From contig CAYTLU010000165.1 of assembly GCA_964438665.1 (NCBI GenBank), forward strand, positions 1 to 47,086: a stretch of DNA of 47,086 nucleotides, read 5' to 3'. This DNA comes from an uncultured Bacteroides sp. GTDB lineage: Bacteria > Bacteroidota > Bacteroidia > Bacteroidales > Muribaculaceae. Below the pieces are notes generated by a model. The model did no database searches. It saw only the letters and a program-made list of their open reading frames with translations, and was not told the origin of the DNA. Shown piece after piece: positions 33,019-41,867 of this stretch (position 1 is its first letter; each line of letters starts with the position of its first letter). The translations under genes were made by a program, and so were the position numbers.

Positions 33019-33771
33019 ATGAGCCAGCGCACCCACACATATTTCATCAGCGACCTGCATCTGGGAGCCGGATACATCCCCGATGCACATGAGCATGAGC
33101 GGACAATCTGCCGATGGTTGCGCGAAATAGCCCCGACAGCCCGCGCAGTCTATCTGCTGGGAGACATTCTGGACTATTGGTATGAGTACCGAACGGTCGT
33201 GCCGCGCGGTTATATCCGTTTTTTCGGTGCGCTAGCTGAGCTTGCCGATCAAGGTGTTGAGATCAACTGGCTGAAAGGCAACCATGATATCTGGATATTC
33301 GACTATCTGCCCACGGAAATCGGGCTTACGGTGCTTGACGGAGTGATAGAGCGCGATATTGATGGCAAGCGATTTGTCATGGAACATGGCGATGGCGCAG
33401 GCGAACCGCGCCGAAGCTACCGGATGATGCGCTCTCTGTTTCGCAACCGCTTTGCCCAATGGCTTTTCGCCGCTATCCATCCGCGCTGGACCGTAGGATT
33501 TGCCCACCGATGGTCGAAACACAGCCGCCTACACTGCTCCGACAGCTCCGTAGTAGAGCTTCCGGAAAATAACCGACTGACAAATTTTGCAAAAAAATAC
33601 ATGACGGAACACGGCCATGCCGACTACTTCATTTTCGGGCACAGGCATATTATAGCCGATCATCAAATCGGCAATAACAGCCGCCTGATTATACTCGGCG
33701 ATGGATTCAGACTGTTGACCTATGGGGATTGGGACGGATCAACTTTTTCGATAAAAACAATAAAAAACTGA
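33019..33771 (+). CDS. lpxH: UDP-2,3-diacylglucosamine diphosphatase
   Basis: Metallophosphoesterase motifs FISDLHLG, LLGDILD, GNHD, HGDG and FGHRH. Start placed at MSQRTH. Confidence 0.88.
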   Translation: MSQRTHTYFISDLHLGAGYIPDAHEHERTICRWLREIAPTARAVYLLGDILDYWYEYRTVVPRGYIRFFGALAELADQGVEINWLKGNHDIWIFDYLPTEIGLTVLDGVIERDIDGKRFVMEHGDGAGEPRRSYRMMRSLFRNRFAQWLFAAIHPRWTVGFAHRWSKHSRLHCSDSSVVELPENNRLTNFAKKYMTEHGHADYFIFGHRHIIADHQIGNNSRLIILGDGFRLLTYGDWDGSTFSIKTIKN

Positions 33772-33883
33772 CAGAATGCTGATATTTAATAAAACTTAAC
33801 ATTTATGGCAGATCGACCCGATTTCAATAAAAGCCTAGCGTTAAGAGCGTTGCATCAGCGTTTGCAAAAACGTTTCAAAAAAC

Positions 33884-33899
33884 AATGTTGCAAAACATA
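33884..33899. promoter_or_regulatory. Palindromic TF site resembling the Cur (BT4338) motif
   Basis: AATGTT-GCAA-AACATA compared with the recalled consensus TATGTTnnnnAACATA; lies just upstream of a -33 box. Confidence 0.55.
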
Positions 33900-33907
33900 T
33901 AAAAATA

Positions 33908-33939
33908 TTTGTCATAGGACAGTCTCTGAGATACCTTTG
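33908..33939 (+). promoter_or_regulatory. Canonical Bacteroidota promoter (TTTG-N20-TACCTTTG)
   Basis: TTTG at 33908-11 and TACCTTTG at 33932-39. Confidence 0.8.
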
Positions 33940-33943
33940 CAAC

Positions 33944-34031
33944 AGAAACCTAACACAATCTTTTTTACCTTAGAAATTGTACCTATTGGAAACTCAATAA
34001 AAAGGGACTATGTGAGTAGCCCCTTTTTATT
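33944..34031 (+). ncRNA. Candidate ~90-nt small RNA or terminated leader
   Basis: Bounded by the canonical promoter and a terminator hairpin AATAAAAAGGGACTA-TGTGAG-TAGCCCCTTTTTATT; no credible ORF. Confidence 0.55.
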
Positions 34032-34057
34032 CTATATAACAATTAAACAACAATAAT

Positions 34058-34306
34058 ATGGCTCTTACATACAACCGACATGACAACGAAATTGTGCTGT
34101 GCCGCGAATTTACATCTGAAATCGAAGCACATGTAGCCCAGTCTGCACTTGAGCAGGAAGGAATTAGATGCATAATCGATAACGAACTTTTCTCACGCAT
34201 CTACCCTGTCGGCGGACTGCTGGGCTCACTGCGGCTTATGGTAAAACGCCGCGACCTTGACCGGGCAAAAACAATCATAGACTCGCTCAAATTTGAAGGA
34301 ATCTGA
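34058..34306 (+). CDS. DUF2007-family (putative signal-transducing) small protein
   Basis: FTSEIEAHVAQSALEQEGIRC…LRLMVKRRDLDRAKTII pattern. Confidence 0.85.
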   Translation: MALTYNRHDNEIVLCREFTSEIEAHVAQSALEQEGIRCIIDNELFSRIYPVGGLLGSLRLMVKRRDLDRAKTIIDSLKFEGI

Positions 34307-34358
34307 CATTTTCTCACCAAATCCAAGAAATCATAATCAACAAGATATAACCCTATTC

Positions 34359-35870
34359 ATGAATACAGAAATTCTCCTGAATAAGAACCATTTGGTCAAA
34401 ACGCTTCAAAAGCCGTCGAAAGACTTCACTAAAGAAGATATCACTCGCTATGTCACCGAAGAAGGCATTGAAATGATAAATTTCATGTATCCGGCAGGCG
34501 ACGGACGGTTGAAGACACTTAATTTCATCATCAACAACGCTTCGTATCTCGACACGATTCTCAGCTTCGGCGAGCGTGTCGATGGCTCCAGCCTGTTCTC
34601 GCATATAGAGCCGGGCAACAGCGACCTTTATGTCATGCCCCGCTTCTCGACCGCATTCCGCGATCCGTTCGCAGAAATTCCAACTGTCACCATGCTCTGC
34701 ACATTCTTTGACAAAGACGGCAATCCTTTGGCTCAGTCGCCGGCACAGACCCTAGACAATGCGTGCCGAAGTTTCACCGCCGTGACCGGGTTGCAATTTG
34801 AGGCGATGGGCGAACTGGAATTCTATGTCATAGCTCCCGATGACGGCGCATTTCCAGCCACCGACCAAAAGGGATATCACGAATCAGCTCCATTTGCAAA
34901 GTTCAACGACTTCCGGACACTGTGCATGAGCCACATCGCAGCAGCCGGCGGACAGATAAAGTACGGCCATTCCGAAGTGGGAAATTTCACCCTTGACGGC
35001 GTCATCTACGAACAGAATGAGATCGAATTCCTGCCGGTCAAAGCCCAGGACGCAGCCGACCAGCTAGTGATAGCCAAATGGATCATCCGCAACACCGCCC
35101 GAAAAATGGGCTATAATGTCACATTCGCGCCAAAAATCACCACCGGCAAAGCCGGCTCGGGTCTGCACATCCACATGCGCCTTACCGATCCCAAGACCGG
35201 CCGGAACATGATGGTCAATGAAAGCGGCACGCTCAGCGACGATGCCCGACGCGCAATTGCCGGAATGATGGAAATGGCGGAATCGATCACAGCATTCGGA
35301 AACACCAACCCCACATCATATTTCCGTCTCGTGCCTCATCAGGAAGCCCCGACAAACATTTGCTGGGGCGACCGCAACCGATCGGTTCTGGTAAGAGTCC
35401 CTCTTGGATGGAATGCAGACAAAGATATGTGTGCGGCAGCAAATCCCGGCTCAAAGGCGTCATCACCGCTGGCCACAGGCAAACAGACCGTGGAGATCCG
35501 TTCAGCCGATGCCTCTGCCGATGTATATCTTCTTATAGCTTCACTTGCGGTTGCATGCCGCCGCGGATGGGAAATGACCGATGCTCTGAAAAAAGCAGAG
35601 CAGACTTATGTCGATGTCGATATCCACCGGCCGGAAAACGCCGGAAAACTGGCATCTCTCGGACATCTTCCGGCAAGCTGCTTCGCCTCTGCCGAAGCCT
35701 TGGAAAAAGCCAGAGCCATATATGAGGGAAACGCAGTGTTCACTCCCGCGATGATCGACAACCAGATCGCTATGCTCCGCGCGTTCAACGACGGCGATAT
35801 AGCTGCACGCGCCCGCGAAGACGAGTCCTTGATGCAAAGTCTGGTCAGCAATCATTTCCACTGCGGATAA
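34359..35870 (+). CDS. glnA: Glutamine synthetase (Bacteroidales GSI-like)
   Basis: ERVDGSS, MGELEFY, HSEVG, EQNEIEF, FAPKI..GKAGSGLHIH, SYFRLVPHQEAP, WGDRNRSVLVRVP and EIRSAD motifs. Start at MNTEILLN. Confidence 0.92.
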   Translation: MNTEILLNKNHLVKTLQKPSKDFTKEDITRYVTEEGIEMINFMYPAGDGRLKTLNFIINNASYLDTILSFGERVDGSSLFSHIEPGNSDLYVMPRFSTAFRDPFAEIPTVTMLCTFFDKDGNPLAQSPAQTLDNACRSFTAVTGLQFEAMGELEFYVIAPDDGAFPATDQKGYHESAPFAKFNDFRTLCMSHIAAAGGQIKYGHSEVGNFTLDGVIYEQNEIEFLPVKAQDAADQLVIAKWIIRNTARKMGYNVTFAPKITTGKAGSGLHIHMRLTDPKTGRNMMVNESGTLSDDARRAIAGMMEMAESITAFGNTNPTSYFRLVPHQEAPTNICWGDRNRSVLVRVPLGWNADKDMCAAANPGSKASSPLATGKQTVEIRSADASADVYLLIASLAVACRRGWEMTDALKKAEQTYVDVDIHRPENAGKLASLGHLPASCFASAEALEKARAIYEGNAVFTPAMIDNQIAMLRAFNDGDIAARAREDESLMQSLVSNHFHCG

Positions 35871-35892
35871 ATTGAGCCGACACAAAACAATA

Positions 35893-35937
35893 AAGGCCGA
35901 CAGACGGTGATATCCGTTCTATCGGTCTTGCTTTTTT
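35893..35937. terminator. Hairpin between the convergent glnA and thioredoxin-like genes
   Basis: AAGGCCGACAGACGG-TGATAT-CCGTTCTATCGGTCTT with a T run downstream. Confidence 0.55.
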
Positions 35938-35981
35938 CAATATGCCTGAATCGGCATATTCTCTGCCGGTCCGAAATAAAC

Positions 35982-36473
35982 TTAACCGGCAATCCTTGCA
36001 ATTGTCTCGATTGTGGGGTTGATCGCTGCAACTGTTCCATCCGGATTCAACAAGAACGATTTCAACCCGTCGGCCATGCCATAGTTATTTACCAGAACTG
36101 ACATTTCTGCCGGCTTCACATTAAATTGCGATTCTTCATTCAGACCGTCAAGGCGTACTATCTCACGAAAGAGACGCTCATTGTCGTCAAAATTGACTGA
36201 CACAAGACTGATCCGTTCTTCCCGGCCATTACCAACATAGCTGTCGTAAATATTGGCAGCCATGCGTGAACCGGCATCATCCGATGCCCAGAAATTCACT
36301 ATCACGAAACGACCGTTCATGTCTGATGGCGAAATATTTTTGCCATCTTTTGCCTTAACCGTAAAATGCGGAGCTTTCATGCCCTTGGCAATATCGCTTC
36401 CGCGACCGGTATTGGCCGACACCGTAAACAGAAGAACTACGAAGATCGCAATGATTGACATTGTTTTCTTCAT
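35982..36473 (-). CDS. Exported thioredoxin-fold (TlpA/AhpC-TSA-like) protein lacking CxxC
   Basis: Signal peptide; G.KAPHF, GRFVIVNFWASDD, LVSVNFD and SFLLNPDGTV motifs; no Cys residue. Confidence 0.8.
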   Translation of the reverse strand: MKKTMSIIAIFVVLLFTVSANTGRGSDIAKGMKAPHFTVKAKDGKNISPSDMNGRFVIVNFWASDDAGSRMAANIYDSYVGNGREERISLVSVNFDDNERLFREIVRLDGLNEESQFNVKPAEMSVLVNNYGMADGLKSFLLNPDGTVAAINPTIETIARIAG

Positions 36474-36616
36474 TATATTCTTTTTATGTTAAACATCAGA
36501 TTCAGCCGGAAAGCGGGGTTAAATATATCCGCAAAACAGAAATGAGACCATGCTGAATCTTGCCGATTTTCGGCTATCCCACGCCAACTCTATGGCGCAG
36601 CATCATCGTTAATGAC
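36474..36616 (-). ncRNA. Candidate structured cis-regulatory 5' leader
   Basis: Four nested or adjacent stems between the TATCTTTG promoter (36621-28) and the ATG; G-U pairs favour the minus strand. Confidence 0.5.
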
Positions 36617-36620
36617 ACTG

Positions 36621-36628
36621 CAAAGATA
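36621..36628 (-). promoter_or_regulatory. -7 promoter element (TATCTTTG) for the thioredoxin-like gene
   Basis: GTATCTTTGCAG on the minus strand. Confidence 0.7.
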
Positions 36629-36783
36629 CTAACAATCTTCCAATCCGCCAAATTAACAATGTGATACATGGATATTTACGAGACAAAACGCCCTGCAACG
36701 TCACTAACCATGCGTCATCTCAGCAATTGTTAATCTTAGTTAATCCACACCCGAACAGCTTCAATTTAACACCTTTCGGCCAT

Positions 36784-37788
36784 TCATTCCCGACCATAAC
36801 CTGAATCGACCAGAGCATTCTGCGACTGATAAAACGAAGGCGACAAGAGCGATACGATTTCCGCTTCGGGATGACTTGAAATGTAAGCCTCCACAATCCG
36901 ATAGCCCATATATCGGCCTACCCTGCCCGGCGACTCCTGCGCGAGCAATGACGTATAGGGCGCAGGAGCGACAAGCTTTTCGGCAACGTTTCTGTCTGTG
37001 GCAAACAGCATATTGTCTTCAACCATCTTCCTCCATATACGCGCCTCATTCTCCGCCACCCATTTCATCTGATCCGAAGTGTAACCTAACGCATCCGCCA
37101 AATCCGCATTCGGCATAATCCTCATCACCGCAGCCACAACAGCGCCTTCGTAGATCATTCTCGATACCGCAGTAGAAGCGGCATCGGACCGATAGGGATA
37201 TGATGTATAGATCAATGCTTCCGCCAAGTCATACGGCAGACGGCCAACCGTTTTAAGCCGGCTACGATAGTCGCCAAACGACTTATACCCTTCATAATCG
37301 GCTCCAAGATAATGGTTCAGCCCAACAATCATAATGGTGTCAGCTAACACAACCGACTGCTCATAGGGGGTCAATATTCCAAATATTCTTTTGGGGAACG
37401 CAATGTCGAAACCACCTTTTTCCACCAGATATCTCATATTGCCAATAGCTGTCTCCGACTGCCGCAAATCGGGCAGACGGCTTTCCACATCCGGCCCGAA
37501 CACCGATGCCACCTGCGATGACGCAAGCTGCAACATGATCGAGTCCGCATCCGAAAGGCGCATCAATGCCCCCATGACATCTATGACCGGACGGAAGCGC
37601 ACCGTCAGGGAATCGCGCCCTGACTCCGGCAATGACGGATAGACAGCCACGGCACGGTCAAACCGCTCAATCTCCATTATCCTTGAACTATCGGCAGCAT
37701 AATTTCCCGCCGCGCCGTTTCCGCCACAAGCCGTCATAAGCGATACAGCGCAAACAACAGCCAACAAATTACTGATCCTGCATTTCAT
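36784..37788 (-). CDS. gldB: GldB-like lipoprotein
   Basis: Lipobox (LMTA-C); IERFDR, VGLNHYLGADY, MIYEG, NEARIW, PAPYT and SPGRVGRYMGYRIV motifs. Confidence 0.85.
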   Translation of the reverse strand: MKCRISNLLAVVCAVSLMTACGGNGAAGNYAADSSRIMEIERFDRAVAVYPSLPESGRDSLTVRFRPVIDVMGALMRLSDADSIMLQLASSQVASVFGPDVESRLPDLRQSETAIGNMRYLVEKGGFDIAFPKRIFGILTPYEQSVVLADTIMIVGLNHYLGADYEGYKSFGDYRSRLKTVGRLPYDLAEALIYTSYPYRSDAASTAVSRMIYEGAVVAAVMRIMPNADLADALGYTSDQMKWVAENEARIWRKMVEDNMLFATDRNVAEKLVAPAPYTSLLAQESPGRVGRYMGYRIVEAYISSHPEAEIVSLLSPSFYQSQNALVDSGYGRE

Positions 37789-37828
37789 AACGACATATAT
37801 TCATTTCGGGACTAACACGAAACTTTTT

Positions 37829-37836
37829 CAAAATTA
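37829..37836 (-). promoter_or_regulatory. -7 promoter element (TAATTTTG) for gldB
   Basis: TAnnTTTG 40 nt upstream of the ATG. Confidence 0.55.
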
Positions 37837-37911
37837 CGCATTTATTCATCAATTAATCCACTTACGGACTATTTATTTAGCCTGCGACTGCAAATTACCA
37901 CATCTTTTTTC

Positions 37912-37919
37912 TAATTTTG
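37912..37919 (+). promoter_or_regulatory. -7 promoter element (TAATTTTG) for amidase-MCE
   Basis: CTAATTTTGCAC, 20 nt upstream of the ATG. Confidence 0.65.
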
Positions 37920-37939
37920 CACAAAATGAATAAACAGAC

Positions 37940-39109
37940 ATGTCCATATCCGGCACATACAACACCCTGCGGTCAGGCATCATTCATCCATTGATGCTGC
38001 TCATGCTGTCAATGGCCGTTGCGTTTTCAGCCGGAGCAAAGAACTTTGTTGTGGTCATTGATGCAGGACATGGTGGGAAAGACAGCGGAGCCCTTGGCAA
38101 AGTAACAACAGAGAAAGCCATAAATCTTGCGATAGCAAAACAGCTTGGCAAAGAAATCACCTCTCACTACAAAGACATAACCGTGGTCTATACACGTTCA
38201 ACCGATGTGTTCGTGACAATTAAAGGCCGCATGGACAAAGCGAAAGCTGCCGGAGCCGACCTGTTTATCTCGCTCCACTGCAATTCGGCCGCATTTGAGA
38301 ACCCTCGCCGCAGTTCATTGTCAGGCACTTCAGTTTACGTTCTGGGAAACAACAACGCAAACGACAATATCGATCTGGCAATGCGGGAAAACAGCGCGAT
38401 CCTTCTCGAAGACAACTACAAAGCAACCTATAAAGGCTTCGACAACACACCCGAATACTACATCTTCACGGAAATAAACCAGTCGAAGATGATGGGCAAA
38501 AGCAACTCCATTGCCAATGAAGTGCAACGCCAGCTTGTCAGCCACGCCGGACTGAAAGACAACTTCGTGAACGAATCCAGCAGACTCTGGCTTCTGCTTC
38601 ACTCCACCATGCCGGCGATACTTGTTGAAATGGACTACATCTGCAACCCCTCCCGCGAGCAATTCCTGATGTCAAAGGCCGGTCAGAAAAAAATAGCGCA
38701 GGCCATAAGCAACGGAATCGCGAACTATCGCAAGAATCTAGGGCATAAGATTGCAAAAAACAAAGACACAGCCGTAACAACAGACGGCGACGAGTCCAAG
38801 CAAGAATCAGACAGACATCCTAAAGAGAAAGACAAATCAGATAAAAAAGATAACGAACCTGAACAATCTGACAACACTTCCATTGTATATAAGATACAGT
38901 TTCTGGTCTCACAGACGGAAATAAAAAACGGATCAGCAAGACTTAATGGTCTATCGCCGGTAGAATATTATAAGGACGGCGGAGCTTTCAAATATACCTA
39001 CGGCTCATACCCCACCATGAATGCGGCTGCATCAGACCTGAAAAAAGTCAAAAAGAAATTCAAGGACGCTTTCATTATAAAAATGAAAGGTGGCAAGCGA
39101 ATAAAATAA
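37940..39109 (+). CDS. N-acetylmuramoyl-L-alanine amidase (Amidase_3) with C-terminal SPOR-like domain
   Basis: VIDAGHGGKD, EKAINL, FISLHCN, RENSAI and MPAILVE motifs; C-terminal YKIQF…YTYG…FKDAFII. Confidence 0.92.
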   Translation: MSISGTYNTLRSGIIHPLMLLMLSMAVAFSAGAKNFVVVIDAGHGGKDSGALGKVTTEKAINLAIAKQLGKEITSHYKDITVVYTRSTDVFVTIKGRMDKAKAAGADLFISLHCNSAAFENPRRSSLSGTSVYVLGNNNANDNIDLAMRENSAILLEDNYKATYKGFDNTPEYYIFTEINQSKMMGKSNSIANEVQRQLVSHAGLKDNFVNESSRLWLLLHSTMPAILVEMDYICNPSREQFLMSKAGQKKIAQAISNGIANYRKNLGHKIAKNKDTAVTTDGDESKQESDRHPKEKDKSDKKDNEPEQSDNTSIVYKIQFLVSQTEIKNGSARLNGLSPVEYYKDGGAFKYTYGSYPTMNAAASDLKKVKKKFKDAFIIKMKGGKRIK

Positions 39110-39145
39110 CCAACTAATACAACAGCATACAAAGATTACTTAAAT

Positions 39146-40066
39146 ATGAAGTTTAAACATTCAAAAGAATTTTCCATCGGACTTTCCGTTATAATCGCGC
39201 TCATCGTACTCTACTTCGGGATAGAATATCTCAAAGGCAACAACATCTTCAAACCCGCCAACTACTACACCGCATCCTACACAAACGTTGCGGGACTTCA
39301 GCAATCTGCGCCGGTCACAATCAACGGCTTCAAAGTCGGGCTTGTCAGCGAAATCGAGTACGAATACAACAATCCCGGACATGTCAAAGTTGAAATGAGC
39401 CTCGACAAAGAGTTGAAACTCCCGCAAGGGACAAAAGCCGTCATCGTCACTGACATGCTCGGGACATCATCAATCGAACTGCAAATGTCGGCCAGCAGCA
39501 CATTCCACAACGTAGGCGACAACCTTGTCGGCGAACAGGCAGCAGGACTGATGGGAAGCGTCACAAATGACATCCTGCCGGCTGTAAGCGCAATCGTGCC
39601 AAAAATCGATTCGCTCCTCACTTCGCTCAACGCCATTGCATCAAACCCCGCCATTCCAAACTCATTCGCATCGCTTGAATCCACCATGACCGACCTCCAG
39701 GCCAGCAGTGCGCGCCTGTTGCAAGTGATGAATACGATGCCTCCAATCGCCGGCGATGCAAAGCAGGTGATGGCAAATGCCAAGCAGATGACCGAAAGCC
39801 TCAACACGGTAGCAACCGATCTGACTGCCGTTTCAGCCCAAATCAAAGAGATGCCGCTACAAGCCACCATGGAAAATATCCATCAGACATCCCAGACACT
39901 CAAAAGCCTCATGCAGCAGCTCAACACCCCCAATTCGTCACTCGGGATGCTGCTCTATGACAAACAACTTTACAATAATCTAAGCAATGCATCTGCAAGT
40001 CTGGATTCTCTACTGATAGATGTCAAAAAGAACCCCAAACGATATATCAGCATAAAACTTTTATAG
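39146..40066 (+). CDS. MCE/MlaD-family protein
   Basis: N-terminal TM helix; VAGLQQSAPVTINGFKVGLV; coiled-coil; GMLLYDKQLY…DVKKNPKRYI. Confidence 0.9.
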   Translation: MKFKHSKEFSIGLSVIIALIVLYFGIEYLKGNNIFKPANYYTASYTNVAGLQQSAPVTINGFKVGLVSEIEYEYNNPGHVKVEMSLDKELKLPQGTKAVIVTDMLGTSSIELQMSASSTFHNVGDNLVGEQAAGLMGSVTNDILPAVSAIVPKIDSLLTSLNAIASNPAIPNSFASLESTMTDLQASSARLLQVMNTMPPIAGDAKQVMANAKQMTESLNTVATDLTAVSAQIKEMPLQATMENIHQTSQTLKSLMQQLNTPNSSLGMLLYDKQLYNNLSNASASLDSLLIDVKKNPKRYISIKLL

Positions 40067-40133
40067 CATCCGCTACACACCCCCGCACATCAGCCAAGAA
40101 GCCGTTATTTAGAAATATTCCAAATAAAGCACC

Positions 40134-40188
40134 AACAGCCGATTTACATTCGCACCTTTCCGGAAACGTTGTAGATCGGTTGTTTTTT
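40134..40188 (+). terminator. Probable terminator after the MCE gene
   Basis: AACAGCCGATTTACA…TGTAGATCGGTTGTT followed by a T run. Confidence 0.65.
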
Positions 40189-40435
40189 GTCCCATAAGGC
40201 TTAAACCATCGCTTTATATCCACGAATTATTGCATATCGGTATTGCGTTGATTTTAGATGGACTACATATTAAATTTAAACAATAACTTTAATGATTTTC
40301 CAGCCTTAATCTAAACAACTGACAATCAAAAGCATGCACCGCAAATCACTTTTGCAAATAAAAAGTCACTTGTTTTTAATAAAAATTTATCAGAATTTTG
40401 TAATGCAAAAGTATAGCTACTATCAACACACTCTT

Positions 40436-41821
40436 ATGACGGAAAATCATCTAAAACTTTGGGACAAATGCCTGAGCATTTTCCGGGACAACCTGCCGCC
40501 CGAGCAGTTTGACGCCTGGTTCAAGCCTGTGCAGCCGGTAAGTTTTACCGACAACAAGCTTGTGCTTATGGTTCCATCCCAATATTTCATCGAGCATCTG
40601 GAAGAACGCTACACCACTCTTCTGGGACGCACACTATATAAAGTGTACGGTCCGGACATGAAACTGTTCTACCACTTTAATCAGGTGGGCAACGAGCCTT
40701 CCACCGGTGTCACTATGGGCAGTTCAAAACCAAGTGCAGCAGTAGCTCCGAAACCGGGAGCTTCATCCAACCCATTCCGTCAGCATGAAGTCCAGGAGAT
40801 AGACTCCCAGCTCAATCCCAACTATACTTTTGAGAACTACTGCGACAGCATGAGCAACCGCGTTGCGCGATCAATCGGCGAAGCCATAGCCAACGATCCG
40901 AAATGCAAGACATTCAATCCTTTGTTTGTTTTCGGCGCTCCCGGAGTCGGAAAGACCCACCTTATCCAAGCCATCGGCATACGCATAAAAGAGACATCTC
41001 CGGCTCAACGCGTGCTATATATCACCGCACGCCTTTTCGAGAGTCAATACACCACTGCCATCAGAAATGGCAAGATAAATGATTTCATCAACTTCTATCA
41101 GAGCATTGACACTCTTATCATCGATGACATTCAGGATCTGATAGGAAAACAAAGCACCCAGAACACATTCTTCCACATATTCAACCATCTCATTCTGAAT
41201 CAGAAACAATTGATTCTGGCAAGCGACTGCTGCCCATCGAAGATGGAAGGGATGGAAAAGCGGTTGATCTCGCGCTTCACAATGGGCATGACTGTCGAAT
41301 TGGAAAGCCCCGACTATCAATTGCGGAAAGAAGTGCTGCAACAGAAAGCCGAACAGGACGGACTGGAATTGCCGACAGACGTGATGGACTATATTGCCAC
41401 GAACGTGACTGAAAGCATCCGTGAACTCGAAGGCATCGTTGTGTCGATCACCGCACATGCGGCCATCCTCAACGTTGACATCAATCTGGATCTGGCAAGA
41501 AAAGTGATTTCAAATGCCGTGAAGATCAACCATCGGCAAATCAACTTTGAGATTATAACACAAGAGGTGGCTTCCCATTTCGGCATTGATGTGGATCAGA
41601 TATTTACAAAATCCCGCAAACGTGAGATTTCAGATGCGCGACAAATGGTCATGTACTTGGCAAAAAAACATGCCAAGATGCCGCTGACAGCAATCGGCAC
41701 ACGCCTTTCGCGCACTCATGCCACAGTTCTCTATGCGTGCAAGAACATCGAAGAACGCCTGCCGCTGGAAAAGCAGCTGCAAGCCGATGTCAACAAAATT
41801 GAAAGCGCACTTATGAAATAA
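40436..41821 (+). CDS. dnaA: Chromosomal replication initiator DnaA
   Basis: WFKP, LNPNYTFEN, FNPLFVFGAPGVGKTHL, IIDDIQ, FFHIFNHL, IRELEG, ARQMVMYL and HATVLYA motifs. Start placed at MTENHLKLW. Confidence 0.97.
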   Translation: MTENHLKLWDKCLSIFRDNLPPEQFDAWFKPVQPVSFTDNKLVLMVPSQYFIEHLEERYTTLLGRTLYKVYGPDMKLFYHFNQVGNEPSTGVTMGSSKPSAAVAPKPGASSNPFRQHEVQEIDSQLNPNYTFENYCDSMSNRVARSIGEAIANDPKCKTFNPLFVFGAPGVGKTHLIQAIGIRIKETSPAQRVLYITARLFESQYTTAIRNGKINDFINFYQSIDTLIIDDIQDLIGKQSTQNTFFHIFNHLILNQKQLILASDCCPSKMEGMEKRLISRFTMGMTVELESPDYQLRKEVLQQKAEQDGLELPTDVMDYIATNVTESIRELEGIVVSITAHAAILNVDINLDLARKVISNAVKINHRQINFEIITQEVASHFGIDVDQIFTKSRKREISDARQMVMYLAKKHAKMPLTAIGTRLSRTHATVLYACKNIEERLPLEKQLQADVNKIESALMK

Positions 41822-41867
41822 CAAAGACAGCTCATCCAATCAATCAGGTTAAATAGCAAATTTCAGC

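Noticed and set aside
33805..34056. 83-aa ORF in the lpxH-DUF2007 gap, and tiny ORFs (TTG-start LYLLETQ; ATG-TGA) in the candidate RNA
   Set aside because: The 83-aa ORF runs through an operator, a promoter and a terminator with no protein-like features. The mini-ORFs have no support.
36784..37788. gldB as evidence of gliding motility
   Set aside because: GldB homologues occur in non-motile Bacteroidales, and no other gld/spr genes are in the window.
40190..40435. AT-rich region upstream of dnaA as oriC
   Set aside because: No cluster of canonical DnaA boxes and no visible skew switch.
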